DNA of 62,747 nucleotides. Origin: Proteromonas lacertae. Lineage: Eukaryota. Below are positions 38,034 through 52,300 of the stretch, piece by piece. The notes under the pieces are model-generated. The model was given only the letters and a program-made list of their open reading frames with translations, had not been told where the DNA came from and did no database searches. Location of the stretch: assembly GCA_002245135.1 (NCBI GenBank), contig NGBS01000907.1, forward strand, positions 1 to 62,747, written 5' to 3'. Each line of letters starts with the position of its first letter. Positions within the stretch are counted from its first letter, which is position 1. The translations under genes were made by a program, and so were the position numbers.

Positions 38034-41000
38034 TATAGAACTTTATTCTTCAATCTAATTACTGATTCAGAATTAGATGAGATATATTATCACTTAAAAC
38101 CAAATAATTACTTGTCTAATAGTTTATTTGTTTGCAGTTATAAAACTAATGATAGTAATAATGAAAAATATACTGCTGATGGTTTATATTTAACAGCAAT
38201 GGGAATTAATGGATTTGCATCTGTTCCAGTTGTATATTATATACTTTTTTTTTATAACTATTATTCTTTATAGAAAACCTCAGAAATTACTGTTTGTAAC
38301 GTTGAACAATATCCAAAATCATCATCAAAGACATTCAATGTTGGTTATATCTATTACAGTTTAGAAAATAAAGAATATGCATCTTATTATGGTTTATATG
38401 CAGCATTAATGGAGTTTAATTCACACTATAACACTTCGTTACCTTTCATTACATTGAAAATGTTAGACTTAAGTGTAACTGAAGATATTGATTCATTTTT
38501 CACTGAATATGAGCCTATTGCCTTATTTGGTTGCACAGATGAAGGATGTTTGAATAATATGCTAAAATATATAAGAAAATATAATATTCCATTGTTTTAT
38601 CCACATAGTACAGTTGGAATGATATGTGAAAAGCAATTGTTCTTTGGTGGAACAGTTTTTCAACAAGAAATTAATGAATTATCATTACAATTAATGACAG
38701 AAATCCAAGAAAGAAATATAATTATAATATATGATAAGAATTCATCCTATGAAAAATATGGTTTAGATTATTTATATAAAGTCATAGAAATGGATAATTT
38801 AGAGTTATTAGATGTTATTAGTTTAATAGGAAATGAAACTGAAGAAGAATTAATGTCATATATTGAAAGAATCTTAAATCATAATATCAATCAAATGTTA
38901 TTCTATGATATGTGTGGAACATCATCTACTCATATTAAATTTTTACAATTGTATTATAAATATGTGTTAGTTAATAATGTTACACCTAAACATCCATTTT
39001 ATACAATATTAAGTTTATCAAAATCTTATGTTTCATTGTATTTAGATAAAGAGATGTTTCCATTTTTAACACTTTATTCTCCCTATTCTGATGATATATA
39101 TAATGAAAATATTTTAATATTTATAAGATATATGAGATTGTTAACTGGTAGTACTGATTATAATACTCAATCTGCTTCAATTACATATTCATTCGCCAAT
39201 ATGATATTTCAATCATTATTTAATCGCACAATAATACAAGTAAATGATAAAAACAATTACCAAATACCGAAGAATTGGTATTATCGATTAGTTGATAAGA
39301 ATTACCTTTCACCACATGGAGTTATTAAAATAAATAAAAATCATTACATCACTCAAAATATTAGATTATTAGTTTATAATGAAGAATTATGTAAATTTAT
39401 CACAATTTTTAATCGGATTACACCAATTAAACCAGATCCATTTCCATATTATATTACAGGAAAGATAATAGAATGTAATGCTAATATTTTACAACAACAA
39501 AATAATGGTAATAATATTAAACAGAAAGATCCATTAATTGTTGGATTTATTCATCCAATATCTGGTTTATATAGTAAGCATTTATATTATGTTCATTATA
39601 TATTCAAAAATACATTTGATAGAATCAATGAAGATGGTGGAATATTAGGAAGGACTTTAGTTTTATATTATGGAGATACAACTGATGATATGAATAAAAT
39701 GAATAGCACTGTGGTGAAGTTAATAGAAAAGTACAAAATTAGTGTTTTATTTGGTGGTTATCCTTCAATAGAAGGTAGAATGATTATTGAAAGTACTTGT
39801 GAAAAATATGATATTTATTTTTGGTATTTTTATAATGTAATTGGCACAGAATGTACTTCAAATACTGTCTATCTTGGTTCTTCATTTTTTTACAATTTAA
39901 AGACAGTATTATATTATTTAAAAGCTAGAAAGATTAATAGATTGATCATTTTCAATAATGATATAAATGTAGAATATTTTTTGAATAAAAATATGTTAGA
40001 TTATCTTATCAATCAATACAATATCCAGATAACTATTAAAACATTATCCACTTCATCGTTATTCATTTCTTTAATAATAAATATGTCAAAAGAAGAAAAA
40101 GAATCAGCTATCTTATTTCATCTGCCATTAACATCTGAAACAATTGAACCACCAGAAGTGTATTACAGAGCAATATCAATGTATAGTAAATTAGTGAAAT
40201 TTCCAATTGTTTTTTCATTGGATATCACAAGATTGAATTTGACACAAATTGATATTAAAAATCATTATATTGTTGAACCTTATCATCCAAAATATGGTTT
40301 ACCAATAAATGACACATTTGATTTGACATTAATGCAATATATTAATCCTTCAATTTATACATCCATCGCATATGCTTCATTATATTATTATAAAAATGTT
40401 ATAACATCAACAAATTCATTTGATCCACATGTTATATATCATTCATTATCAGCTGGTAAAATGGAAACATTAGAAGGATATACATCAATCTCATTATCAC
40501 ATCATATGTATAGACATTTAAGAATAGCTGAAGTATATTGGAATGAGAAAGTTATAAAAATGAGAATTGTATATGAAACAAAGACTTTAGTCGATTCATT
40601 TATCAGTGATTATTATAATGATGATAGTAAATATGGTAAGACATGTAATTGGGAGAGAATATATTATGATAATAATAACATCAATCAAGTATATATTTAT
40701 GGAGATAATGTAGTTGTTGATTATTATTATATTATCTATATTATTGATGATGTAAAGGATGATGAAACATTTCAACAAATATTGGAAAGTCATTTGGTGA
40801 ATAAAGCGTATAGTGGACATGAATTGGTTAATAAGAGAATGGTCTATTCAATTTTTATTAAATATAAAGAGAATAATGATGAAATTATTAACAAAATAAC
40901 TGAATATGCCAAAAATGAACATACTTTAGTTTTTTATGGTTGTATTACGAAACAATGCTTAAATGAAGTATCGCCAATACTAAATCAATATAATCAATAC

Positions 41001-44000
41001 ATTATAACGTATTATAACAAAGGTAACTTGTGTCATCCAAATATAATCAATCTCTCTCCAACTCCCAACCAATATGTGACAAATATTGTGCCATATTTTA
41101 TGGGTAGAGATTTTTGTTATTTTATATTCATACAGTCAGAAAAGGAAGGTGAAATTGAAAGAATTAAAGAATTTGAGGCATTGATCAAATTGATTGGTTG
41201 TTTTTCAAAAATTGTCCAATCATCTTCCATTATATCAAATACTTTAGCAATTGATAATGCAATTGAGAAAAACAATAGAAATCTGATAATATCATTTAAT
41301 TATTATCCTATATTAATAAATTATAGACAATATGATAATGTATCAGTTTTATTCATCGATTTACATTACAATCAAAGTGTTGTAGAAGATACCTCATTTT
41401 TCTATTATTATACCTTCTATTTTGCGTTAATAGATAGTACTCTTGATCCATTCCCTAATGTATTCTCGTTTGTGTTAAATTCAACAGCAACTCATATTAA
41501 TTATGTTAGTTATTTATCAATAACAGCAATTTATGATATTATAGAGAATAATCCAACAATAACAAAATCAAATGATATAATTGACTTGTATTTAAGGAAA
41601 GAAATATTAATCAATTCAAATACATATAGATTTAATAAATTCAACAATTTAGAAACAGCAATGACGTTGCTCAAACCAATATATCCACTGTCTACTAGTC
41701 CATTATATGAAATATCTAAAGTATTTCAAGTAGATATATCAAAACCTTCATCATTTTCATTATATCAAGAAGAATATAGAAATATAAAATGCAATTTCTC
41801 ATCTCCAGCAACAAACTATCAAACTAACATTCCTACTAAATTATATGGTATATTATACTCAACAACAGGAATATATGAAATGTTAGAAAGGCAGGTAATT
41901 GTTGGATTATTTATTTCACTACAAAATGCTATTAAGAATGATGATATTAATAGTGATTACCGATCTGTGTTTGAAGTATATAATACAAAATCAAGTAATG
42001 TTGAAGTAATTAATGGCATATTACATTTCAGTAAGAATGAAGATTTAGTTGCATTGTTTGGAGGAAATACATTAACTACATTTGATCTAATTAGTAAATA
42101 TATATCAATAGTAAAAATACCATTTTTCACTCTTTTGACACAAACTAAAGATACTCCAATTAATAAATATATATTCTATTCAAGATCTGCAAAACAGATG
42201 TACGATCCAATATTTATATATATGAATTCTCATTTTCCTAATCGTATATGTTTATTATTAGGTTATTCTGATGAATTATCATTTGATATTTATAATAGTT
42301 TAAGAAATAATTGTGGTGAAAGTGATATAGTTTTATATAATAGTAAATTGATGAATCCTATGGATGAATGTGTTTGAACAATTAAAGAAATATGATTCTG
42401 CTTCACTGTTTATTAGCTTTAAAGGATTAGATTTGATTAGTTATGTAAAAAAAGCATTTGAGAATGGTTATTTTACATCAAATTATAATCATATATTTTG
42501 GAATTTGAATTTAAACAGTTATCAATTCTTGACTGAAAAAAGAATTTCATATTATTCTCCAGTTTCATTTGATGTTATTGATGGAATGGATGTTTATTAT
42601 AATGGTAATAGTAAGATAACTATGGATGAAGAAACATCATCTTTTGATCAAATATTCTGGCAAAGATTAGGTTTTGATTATTATGTAATGGACAGTTCAT
42701 TTTTAGAATATGCTCAAATGTCATTATGCGTTAAGAATATAGATAAAAATAATAGAGGAGATATTACTCAGATGTGGAAGAAATCAATTGTTACATCTTC
42801 AATTACTGTAAGTTATACAACTTCAAATGTTATGTCACATCCTTATGCTTTACTTTTTACTGATAATCATTTTTCCTTTCCAGCTGTATCAACAGTATTA
42901 AAATTAGAACAAACTCAAGATTCTATCAATAATTATGGATTTAATGAAACGGATGGTTTATATTACACGTTGGATTATAATTCTCCTTCTTTATGGAAAG
43001 TAAATGATGTTTTTATGATTGGCATTATTGTTGAAAGAGGTTATAAAACTTCTAATAAAATTGATTATAATTATTTCTACGGATTTATTGCTGGTGTTGA
43101 TTATATTAACTTTAATGGAGGAATTCAAAGTCATTATGTTAAAATATATTTTGAAACAGTTGAATCGTTTTTAAATTCAAATTTATCGAAATTGAAAATC
43201 AATACTTTCTTTGTAATGACAAATAATGAACATTTCTCTGATATAAAAGGTAAAATTAAAGATTATAATCGTAAAGTAGAAACATCAAATAAAAAGTATT
43301 TGTTTTATATTCCCAAAAACAGTATTGTAGATGGTAATAATTGTAATTTGGAAATTGCGTTTACAGGTCCATCATCCTCTCAACTTGTTTTTTTTATCAG
43401 TGATATTCTTATGCAAAAATATATTTATCATATATCTATAATGTATAATACCCAAAATGAATATTCTAAATCTGTTGCTAGTGAATATGTTAAATCATTA
43501 ACTCCAAGATATGTATTGGATAGTCTAATTGAGTTTAATAGTGAAGATGTTGATTCAATCGGTGATTTAAATAAGTATTTTAGTAATAAAGAAGATTATT
43601 TATCAGCAATTTTAGTAATATTTGGTCAAGTATCATATATTTCAGAATTAGTGATAGAAAAAATATTCACTCAAATTGATAAAAGCAAATATTTTGTTAT
43701 ACAAGATATATATCGGATATTCTATACCAGATTATGCATTACAATATTTAGATTCAACATATCAGATTTCTACATTCTTTCCTGAATATAAAGGATATAA
43801 TGATGAAAGAGTGAGAAATTCAGTTAGAAATTTTGTTAAAGAAATAAAGGAATCATTTGGAAATGATATATATGTGGATGAACCCGTATATTTAAGTTAT
43901 TTGGCAACTAAAGTTTGGGCTAATTTGATACAATCTTCTTATCAAGATAATCAGAATGCTAGTAGTAATTATACTCAAATAATGAATGAAGGAGAAGGTT

Positions 44001-46654
44001 TATTTGATAGATTAAATGAAATACAAATCTTAAGTACAACAGGATTGTTTAAAATGAGAAAAAATCATCAATTGTCACATCTTTTGTTTTTAGGTAAATT
44101 TTATAGTGAAAAGAGTAAATATGAGATAGTGTTTTCATCAACTAACGGTTATTCAACCTATCTTAATAGTTTATATGACAATCCATCTTATATCTGTGAT
44201 TTATCATATGATAGAATAAAGAATAATTTGAATGTTACCTATTCTGTTACAGTTTATAATATTATTATTATATTAGAATATAATATAGATGAAAATATAA
44301 GAGAAATGTTTTATGATTATTATAAAAGTATTGTTTTGACATTAAGATCAATAACAGATGAATATAGTAACAAAGAAAAATATCGAATATTTACCATCTA
44401 TTTTGAGAATATAGAAGACTTGAATAATAAGATTGACAGTGGTATATTATATGGATTTAGTAATAGTAGTAAAAATATAAGTAGTTCATATAATGATATT
44501 CTAGCTGCAATTATGATAAGCGATTTGGTTAATTATCTATCAGTTGAAAAGAAGATTGAATATTTGGAGTTATTGTTCTATATTGGATTATGTTATGAAG
44601 ATGTAAAAAGTCAAGCTAATGTAATTCCCATATCTTTATCTCAAAATCAGATAATGAATATTATTCAATCTTTTATTGAGTATCAAAACATTAAGAATAT
44701 ATTGTTGTTGATAAATAATAACACAGTTTCATTGGATGATATGATTAAAAGAATAGAAAGTATTACAAGTAAGAACGGTGTAACTGTTCATCAAATTATG
44801 TTAGCCAATAGTTGTGAAGAATTGATAAACAAATTAAATGAGTTTTTTATGATAGAGAGATTGTTGTATAATCAGCAACTTGGTGTAATAAATCATTTTA
44901 GATATTATTGTTATAAAGAAATTATTGACTTTTTCAGTAGTGGTTCAATTCCAACTTCAAATATAAAAATATTACATACAGAAATATCAGATTCATTAAT
45001 AAGAAAAAATTCATTAAAATCAGTTGGAAATTACTTCATTTTTCATTCTAATGAAGATTTTAAAACTCACTCTATCAGTGATTTATTCCAACCAAATAGT
45101 TATATACCATTAAATGACTATACAGTTATTGGTTATACATTTGTGAATATGTTTGTAGAAGCTGTTAAAAAAGCTTATAAATATAAAGGAAATGAAATAA
45201 TAGATCCAACAATAGTTAGATATGGATTATATGATGTTGAATTTACGAATGAAATTAGCACTTACAAAATCACTTCATCCAATAGATTTGAATTAGAAAT
45301 GAAAATATGTGAATATTCATCACATTTAACATTTATGCCAATAATTAGTGAATATTTAAAAAGTGAATCAACTGTAAATTATGGTAAAATGCTTAAAAGA
45401 GAAAGTCCATTATTATCGCTAACCATCTCAACTTGTATCATTATTGCAATAGGTGAAATATTGAATATACTGTTTTTATGTTTAATCTATAAAAATCGTA
45501 AATCTACAGTAATTATTCAATCTAGTTTATTCTTTTCAATGTCATTGAATTTTGTTGGTTTTATTAATCATTGTGTTGCAATATTGTATATATTACCAGC
45601 TGATATTAGTGAATTATTCTGTGCTGTTAGAGTAATAATATTCATCTTTGCATTAGATGAATGTTTATATATATTCTTTATAAAAACGTGGAGAATTCAT
45701 GTAGTTGTTAATAATCGAACTTTAAGTAAAACTTCGAACAAAGCAAAGATGATGAAATTCTATTTATTAATAGTGTTACTATTACATATCTTAAGTATAA
45801 TTATCTGGGAAATAATTAGTCCAACTAAATTAGAGAAAGTTGAAGCAGATAATTCTGATTTGTTAATAACAAGTTATTATCCAATATGTGTTCATGATGA
45901 TAACTTTACGTATATATATATAATTATCTTTTATTATATGAATAGAATAGTTCAAACATCAGTAATAATATTCTTTATGTTGTGTTTAGGTTATCTTGCC
46001 TTTAGAACTCGTGATGTAGATGAAGCATTTAGTGATTCAAATGCAATAATAGTTGGTTTAATAATCATTACAATCGCTTTAGTAATCTTAATTCCAGTAT
46101 CTGAGATGTTAGAAATGAAAAATGAATCTGTATTTACTGCCTTTATTCTGAGTTTTACAACAACAGCTGTAACATTTTTAATAACAGGATATCGAATATT
46201 TGAAGCTCATTATGATAGAATAAAGAATGAAGAAAAAAGAGGATTAATCGATTTATTATCAATTGGAACAAATAGAATCTCTCCAACCTCTTCCATTGTT
46301 TTACCAAATAATATTCATAATAATAATAATAATCGACTACTACAAACACCACTACCACCATCTCAACAACAACAACAGCAACATACAATTGGTCAAGATC
46401 AATCTCTGAATTTAGTTGAAAGAATAAATATCAGTAATAACACTACTCCGACACAAGATTTAAGTGAAAATAGACTATTTGATAGTAGTAATAACAATTT
46501 AAAGAATAATAATAGTGAATATTTAGAAAGTGGTAGAAGCCCATTTGAAAGTAATACAACATTAGAATGTAGTTATGTAAGTCGAGGTGTAAGTGGAGTA
46601 AGTGGTTTAACTCATGAAGAATGTGATAGTAGTTTAAATTTAAATAAGAAATAA
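34646..46654 (+). CDS. Giant class-C (GABA-B-like, 7tm_3) GPCR with tandem type-I periplasmic-binding-protein (UrtA/AmiC-like) repeats
   Basis: Signal peptide. Repeats such as IVGFIHPISG...INEDGGILGRTL...VLFGG and YGILYSTTG...VALFGG. C-terminal 7TM with KNRKSTVIIQSS, IKTWRI, LAFRTRDVDEAFSDS. Short introns plus apparent frameshifts at ~42370 and ~43710. Confidence 0.78.
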
Positions 46655-46687
46655 TAATAATGTAAATATATTTAATTGTTAATTGTA

Positions 46688-47263
46688 TTATTTTATTATT
46701 GGTTTAATAGAAATCGTTCTTTTCCTTTTGAACAATATATGCTCCATTGTTTTAACATTTCTGTATTCTTTGGATAGATCTTTCTTTTCCTCTTCTGAAA
46801 TTCCATTTACATTGATTATTCCAATTGTTGAAAATGTTTCTAAGAATGACTTTAATTCTGATTTATCTATATTCTCTTTTACTGTTATTGATAGTTTATT
46901 CAACTTATCAAATACATCTTTGATTTCTATCATTTATCTCATTTCATTTTCATCAAGTACATTTCCTGATAAATCTATCTTTTCCAATTGTAGATTATCT
47001 CTTAATCTTTCTATTAACATTTTCATCAAATAGTATATTCCATCTGAATCTACATTATTATTACTTATATGAATTACTTAAACGAATATATCATTTCCAC
47101 ATAAAACAAGATGTTTAATACTTGGAATCGAAGATAAATGGTTGAACATCATTTCTACACTTTCATATGTAAGTTTATTATCTAGTGTTTTTATTTCTCT
47201 TAATTCATTAAAGCCATCCACTAACTCTGTGTGTAAATCGATAATTGGTTTTATATGCGGCAT
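46688..47263 (-). pseudogene. Degenerate RNI-like leucine-rich-repeat gene
   Basis: IKHLVLCGN and LEKIDLSGN repeats. In-frame TAA near 46934, and no clean splice restores the frame. Confidence 0.45.
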
Positions 47264-47387
47264 AAAATTAATTTTTGAGTGTTATAAAACAGATATGAAG
47301 AAAATAAATCATCAATATTCACTTATAAAAGTGTAATAGAAATAGAAAGTAATGAAAAAAATAATTATTGATTAACAACATCAAAAA

Positions 47388-48197
47388 TTAATCAATATTA
47401 GTATTATTTGGATATTTTTCTATTATTCTTCTTTTATAATCTCTATTATTTGATATTCCATTTCCATCAATAATTCCTAATGCATTTAATTCTTTACATT
47501 TATGAAGATTATCCATCAATATTTTCCCGCCATAATCACTAATGTTGTTATTGCTTAAATCCAATAATTTTAATTTTGGTATTTCATTCATATTATCAAA
47601 TAAATATTCAATTCCTTCATCACCTATTTCATTAACTATTCATTATAATTTATAATATCAATACATCCTAGGTATAATCCTACTAAATTTGGATAGAATT
47701 TTAAACATTTTGAGAATGAATTTAATCCAACTGAAGTTAATTCATTATCTAAAACTATAACCAATATATTTTATACAATCTAAATGTAAATATGTTATAT
47801 TATTCATTGTATTAAGTCGTGAATATAAATATTTCATTCCTTCATCTTTAATAAAAACTAATTATTTATTATTAAATATTAAATATACATCCACTAAAAT
47901 GCATTCCAATTCCATTTTCTTTTTTATATTTATCAATTCTATAATCTATTCTTTTTTCTATTTTCATATTATTTATATTATTTATACTCATTTCTTCATC
48001 AATCTTTACTTCTTCTTCATCAAATGGAATTACTGGAATTTCTGGTTTATTTAATTCTATTTCATTACATCATAATAATCATATTACATACTATTCAATT
48101 CATAGATCATTTCATTCAATTTCAATCTATCTTTCTTTTCATTTTGAAGTATTCTTCTTAAAACAGAGTTTAATTTTTCTCCATTTTCACATTTCAT
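47388..48197 (-). CDS. RNI-like LRR protein, multi-exon; possibly 5'-truncated by the adjacent element
   Basis: LKLLDLSNNNISDYGGKIL and similar repeats separated by short introns. The first exon abuts the element's GC-rich left-end motifs. Confidence 0.65.
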
Positions 48198-48217
48198 AAT
48201 AATAGTAAATAAAGGTT

Positions 48218-48302
48218 CTGGCACACCGAGCCGTATGACTCGGGCTCCTGGCACACCAAACCAAACTTTTTAAAAATACGTGACCTATGTCATATTAGGT
48301 CA
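48218..48302. repeat. Candidate terminal motifs of the element
   Basis: CTGGCACACC twice (48218, 48248) around CCGAG/CTCGG; TGACCTA/TAGGTCA inverted pair at 48281-48302. A GC-rich island in AT-rich DNA. Confidence 0.6.
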
Positions 48303-48343
48303 TAATTTATTTTTGCATTTTCTAGAATATTCTAATTTCATAT

Positions 48344-48652
48344 ATGGATAATCTAATTAAAGAAGAAGCAGAAAATGGTTTTGATTCTTTATATGAAATG
48401 TGTAATGTATATCTCAATAAGAAAGATGATGGGAGCAATGACTATCAAACATCAATTAAAATAGCATGTGAGATTATATTAAAATTAAAAGAATTAAATG
48501 AAGAATATCATTTAGGATTAGATGATATGGTATTACATCAAATAGGAAGATTAGAAGGGAAAAAAATAGCAAGTCAATATTTACAAAAAGAATTAGAAAA
48601 ACAATTAAATGAAATAATACCAAGTTTAAACAATATGTTAAAAATCAAATAA
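48344..48652 (+). CDS. Element-encoded hypothetical protein (102 aa)
   Basis: ATG-started intronless ORF, convergent with the next ORF; no recognised motif. Confidence 0.55.
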   Translation: MDNLIKEEAENGFDSLYEMCNVYLNKKDDGSNDYQTSIKIACEIILKLKELNEEYHLGLDDMVLHQIGRLEGKKIASQYLQKELEKQLNEIIPSLNNMLKIK

Positions 48653-48660
48653 ATAATTAA

Positions 48661-49134
48661 TTAGTCTTTATCATCTTCCAATCTGTTTTTAAAAATATTA
48701 TATATAGAATTTAATTCTGAATTTGTATCGATTAAATAGAGATAATGATTTTTTATATATCTAAAATTTTTAATAGTATTTGCATTCAAATTGAAATCTT
48801 CTTCAGAAATATATGCAAAATCTTCTACATAAAATGTATCTAGTTTATTAATTAATTTTTCTAAGTCTTCTATAATATCCAGTCTATAAGATGTTAATTC
48901 AGATTTGTTAAATGTGGTTGCTATTTTACTTCTGTTATATTTCAATTCGATATTTTGTATGAAAGTTACAAAAGACTTTATTTTATCTCTTAGATCTGTT
49001 TTATCTTTACTACTAAAATTTTCACTTAGATTTAATTTATAGACCCTTCTACTTATATCATTTAAACTACTAATATAATTTTTAAGTACATCAAAGAATA
49101 CATAGAATTCATATACTCTAGCAAAATTACTCAT
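48661..49134 (-). CDS. Element-encoded hypothetical protein (157 aa)
   Basis: ATG-started intronless ORF, long for this base composition; no recognised motif. Confidence 0.6.
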   Translation of the reverse strand: MSNFARVYEFYVFFDVLKNYISSLNDISRRVYKLNLSENFSSKDKTDLRDKIKSFVTFIQNIELKYNRSKIATTFNKSELTSYRLDIIEDLEKLINKLDTFYVEDFAYISEEDFNLNANTIKNFRYIKNHYLYLIDTNSELNSIYNIFKNRLEDDKD

Positions 49135-49379
49135 ATTTTTTTTTGTATTAATTAATTAATTAATTAGATATACTACTAATAGAAATTGTTCTTCTAATTC
49201 AAATCTGATCCAAAGAATATAATATAATTCAAGTAAAAGAAAGAAATATAAAACAATAATATAAAATAATAAATATAAGTCGTAAAAGAATTGATATATA
49301 ACTTTTAGAAATTTCTAAAAGAATAAAATAATAAATAAATAATAATAAAAATATAAAAAATTAATTTTTAATTTTCTAG

Positions 49380-52300
49380 ATGAACCCTTTCATCCCTCCT
49401 TATTATTATTATTCAAACTTTAATTATTATAGTCCACCACCATTTGGAGCACCTTATATTCCTCCTCCACAAAATTATGGATTTAATCCCATGCCCATGC
49501 CATATCCAGGTATGGCACTTCCTAATATGTATGAACCACCTCCACCTATTCAAAATATTCCAGTAGTTAGAAATTATATTCCACCAAGAAATCTAGTTAC
49601 AAATACAAATCCTGGTTTCAATTATTATCCTGGAAATATAGGAGTAGATTCAACACCTCAAATTAATATTCCTGAACCAGGATTTGTAACACCACCTCCC
49701 AAGAGAAGATTAGATTTCGAAAACATAAGTCCTCCAAAAATACAAAGAAAAGGAGGTATGCAGGTTCCAATGCCTAATCCTAATCCAAATCAACCTGTTG
49801 TTGTTGTTAATCAACCTCCACCAAATGCACAACAGCGTAATAGAGTAGCAGATTTAAATTTATCTTATCAAGAAGAAAGAGATTTAAGAGAAGCAAGTGA
49901 TATATTAGAAAATCATCCTACAAAATTATTAAAATTACCATATGAAAAGAGATTATATTATATGGACTTAATTCAGAGAAGTACAGATAATTATAGTAGA
50001 ACATATCAAATTAACTTTTTAAATGATGTAAATGGTAAGGATCCAGATGCTGTTGTTGAAATTATAACTGATCCTAGTAGCCCATTAATTACTAAAATAA
50101 GAGAATATTTAGAAGATGTTAAATATATAAAAGTAACATTAAGTTTTAGAAGTGGTTATATAGGAGCAGACGATCCAGATTATAATAATCCAAATGGTAA
50201 TAAAATTACAAATTGGGTATTCTTAGAATGTAGACCTGTAGTTATTACAGAATCAGAAATGAATGTTGCACATAAAATATTAAAAGATAGAATAAGAACA
50301 GAAATGGGACCTTTATGGCATACTGAAAAATCAAGTTTAAAATTTAGACATGTTGGTGAAGTTGAAGTTCAATTAGTCAAAGCAACTGCTATGGCAGGTA
50401 GTGGTAAAAATAAAGAACTTCCAGATTGGATTAGAAATAGAAAATGTGTTATATCAATAGATAATAATAAAGAAAATGATCAATTATGTTTTCTATATGC
50501 TATAGCAGCAGCATTTTTTCATGGTAATAATAATAATAAGAATTTAAATAGAGTAGAACAATATAAAGAATATATTAGAGTTAACTACAATTATAGTATG
50601 TTATATTTCCCAGTAGATCCTATTAAACATAAAAAACAAATTCATGAATTTGAAACAATAAATCATATAACATTAAATATATTCAAAATAACAGATAAAG
50701 AAGTAGTTCCAATATATGTAACACATATAGATAAGTTCAATAATTATCCACATGTAAATTTATTATATAATGATAAACATTATTCTACTATTACAAAATT
50801 AAATGTAATATTAATACCTAAAGGAAAGAAGTGTAAAAATGGTTATCCTAGATGTAATTATAGTTTTGCTTTATTATCAACAGATGAAAAAAGAATACAA
50901 CATGAAAAATATAATTGTCAACAACATAAAGGTATTATAAGAAATTTCCCTGAGAAAAATATTCAATTAGAATTTAAGAACTTTAAATATATGCAACTAA
51001 TACCTATAGTAATATATTGGGATACTGAAGTTTATCAGGAGAAAGTAACAGATCCAATTTTAAATGAGAAAGGTATATTATCAAAGCATATATTATCCAG
51101 TTGGTGTTTATATGTTGTATCAAAATATCCTAATATATATCCTAATAAAATTGAGTATGATTTTAAAACACCTAAAGATAATGAAACAGATTTAGAGGAT
51201 AGATTAATAGCTAAATTTATGGAAATACAAAAAGAAATATTAGATTTATATGAAGAAAAATTAAAAAATCCAGAAAAAATGATAGGATATAATAGAGAAG
51301 ATCCTAAAAATAAATTGAATTATTGCATATACTGTAAAGAACCATTTGATTATAGGAATAAGAATAAGAAACCTGTTTTACACCACGACCACTTTAGTGG
51401 ACAATATATAGGTAGAATATGTAATAATTGCAACTTCCATGTATGTTTAAATAATATGCCAATCCCTTGTATTGCTCATAATTCCAAAAATTATGACAAT
51501 AATTTCATTATTAGAGGATTGTCCAGATGGGATAATAAGTTAAGAGATGAATTTTGTAAAGAAAATAATATTGATCCTAATGTAAATTATGCTTCAGATA
51601 CTGAATCTGATAGTGATACTGAAGAAGAAGAAGATAATACTAATTCTATTCCTGTTCCACATCAAGATAGTGATACATTTACTCCATTACCTCCTTATAC
51701 TAATGGCTTTATAACAGCAAATAAAATAAAAGATTATGTAAAAAATTTAAGAAAAGAAAAACAAGAAGAAAAAGAAGATAATAATAATAATTTCAGTATG
51801 AGTCCATTACATGATTCTTTAAGTGATATGGAAACTCAAGAAGCTGAAAGTGAAGTAATCCAAATTAATAATGAAGAAGTTAATGCATTGTTAGAATTAG
51901 AAGAAATGTTAAGAAGGGATAGTCCTAGAAATGCGGAAGATGTTATAGATGAAATAGATGAACAATCTGCTTATAGAATTATTAAATGTAAAGATGGTAA
52001 AATAAGAAAATATAAAAACAAAAAACAATATAAATCACAATTATCAGTATTACCCAAAACAGATAATAAATTTTTATTAATAAAGTTCAACAAATTATAC
52101 TTTATGGACTCTTATCAATTCTTACCAAGTTCTTTAGATTCTTTAACAAAGTCATTATATACTCAAGCAAAAAGAGATAATGGAAATTATCAAAAATATT
52201 TTAGCTATGTATATGAAGATATTTATAAAAAATATTCTGCTCCTGGTAAATTGGATCATGATATGAATATTGATGCTTTTATCCATAAATGGTGTTTATC

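Noticed and set aside
1..48197. Stop codons completed by polyadenylation (known in Blastocystis) or a variant genetic code
   Set aside because: The genes I could reconstruct end in encoded TAA, TAG or TGA, and I saw no TGTTTGTT signal at their ends.
51530..52040. Intein in the pPolB
   Set aside because: No C/S start with HN end and no LAGLIDADG motifs; the insert is low-complexity acidic sequence.
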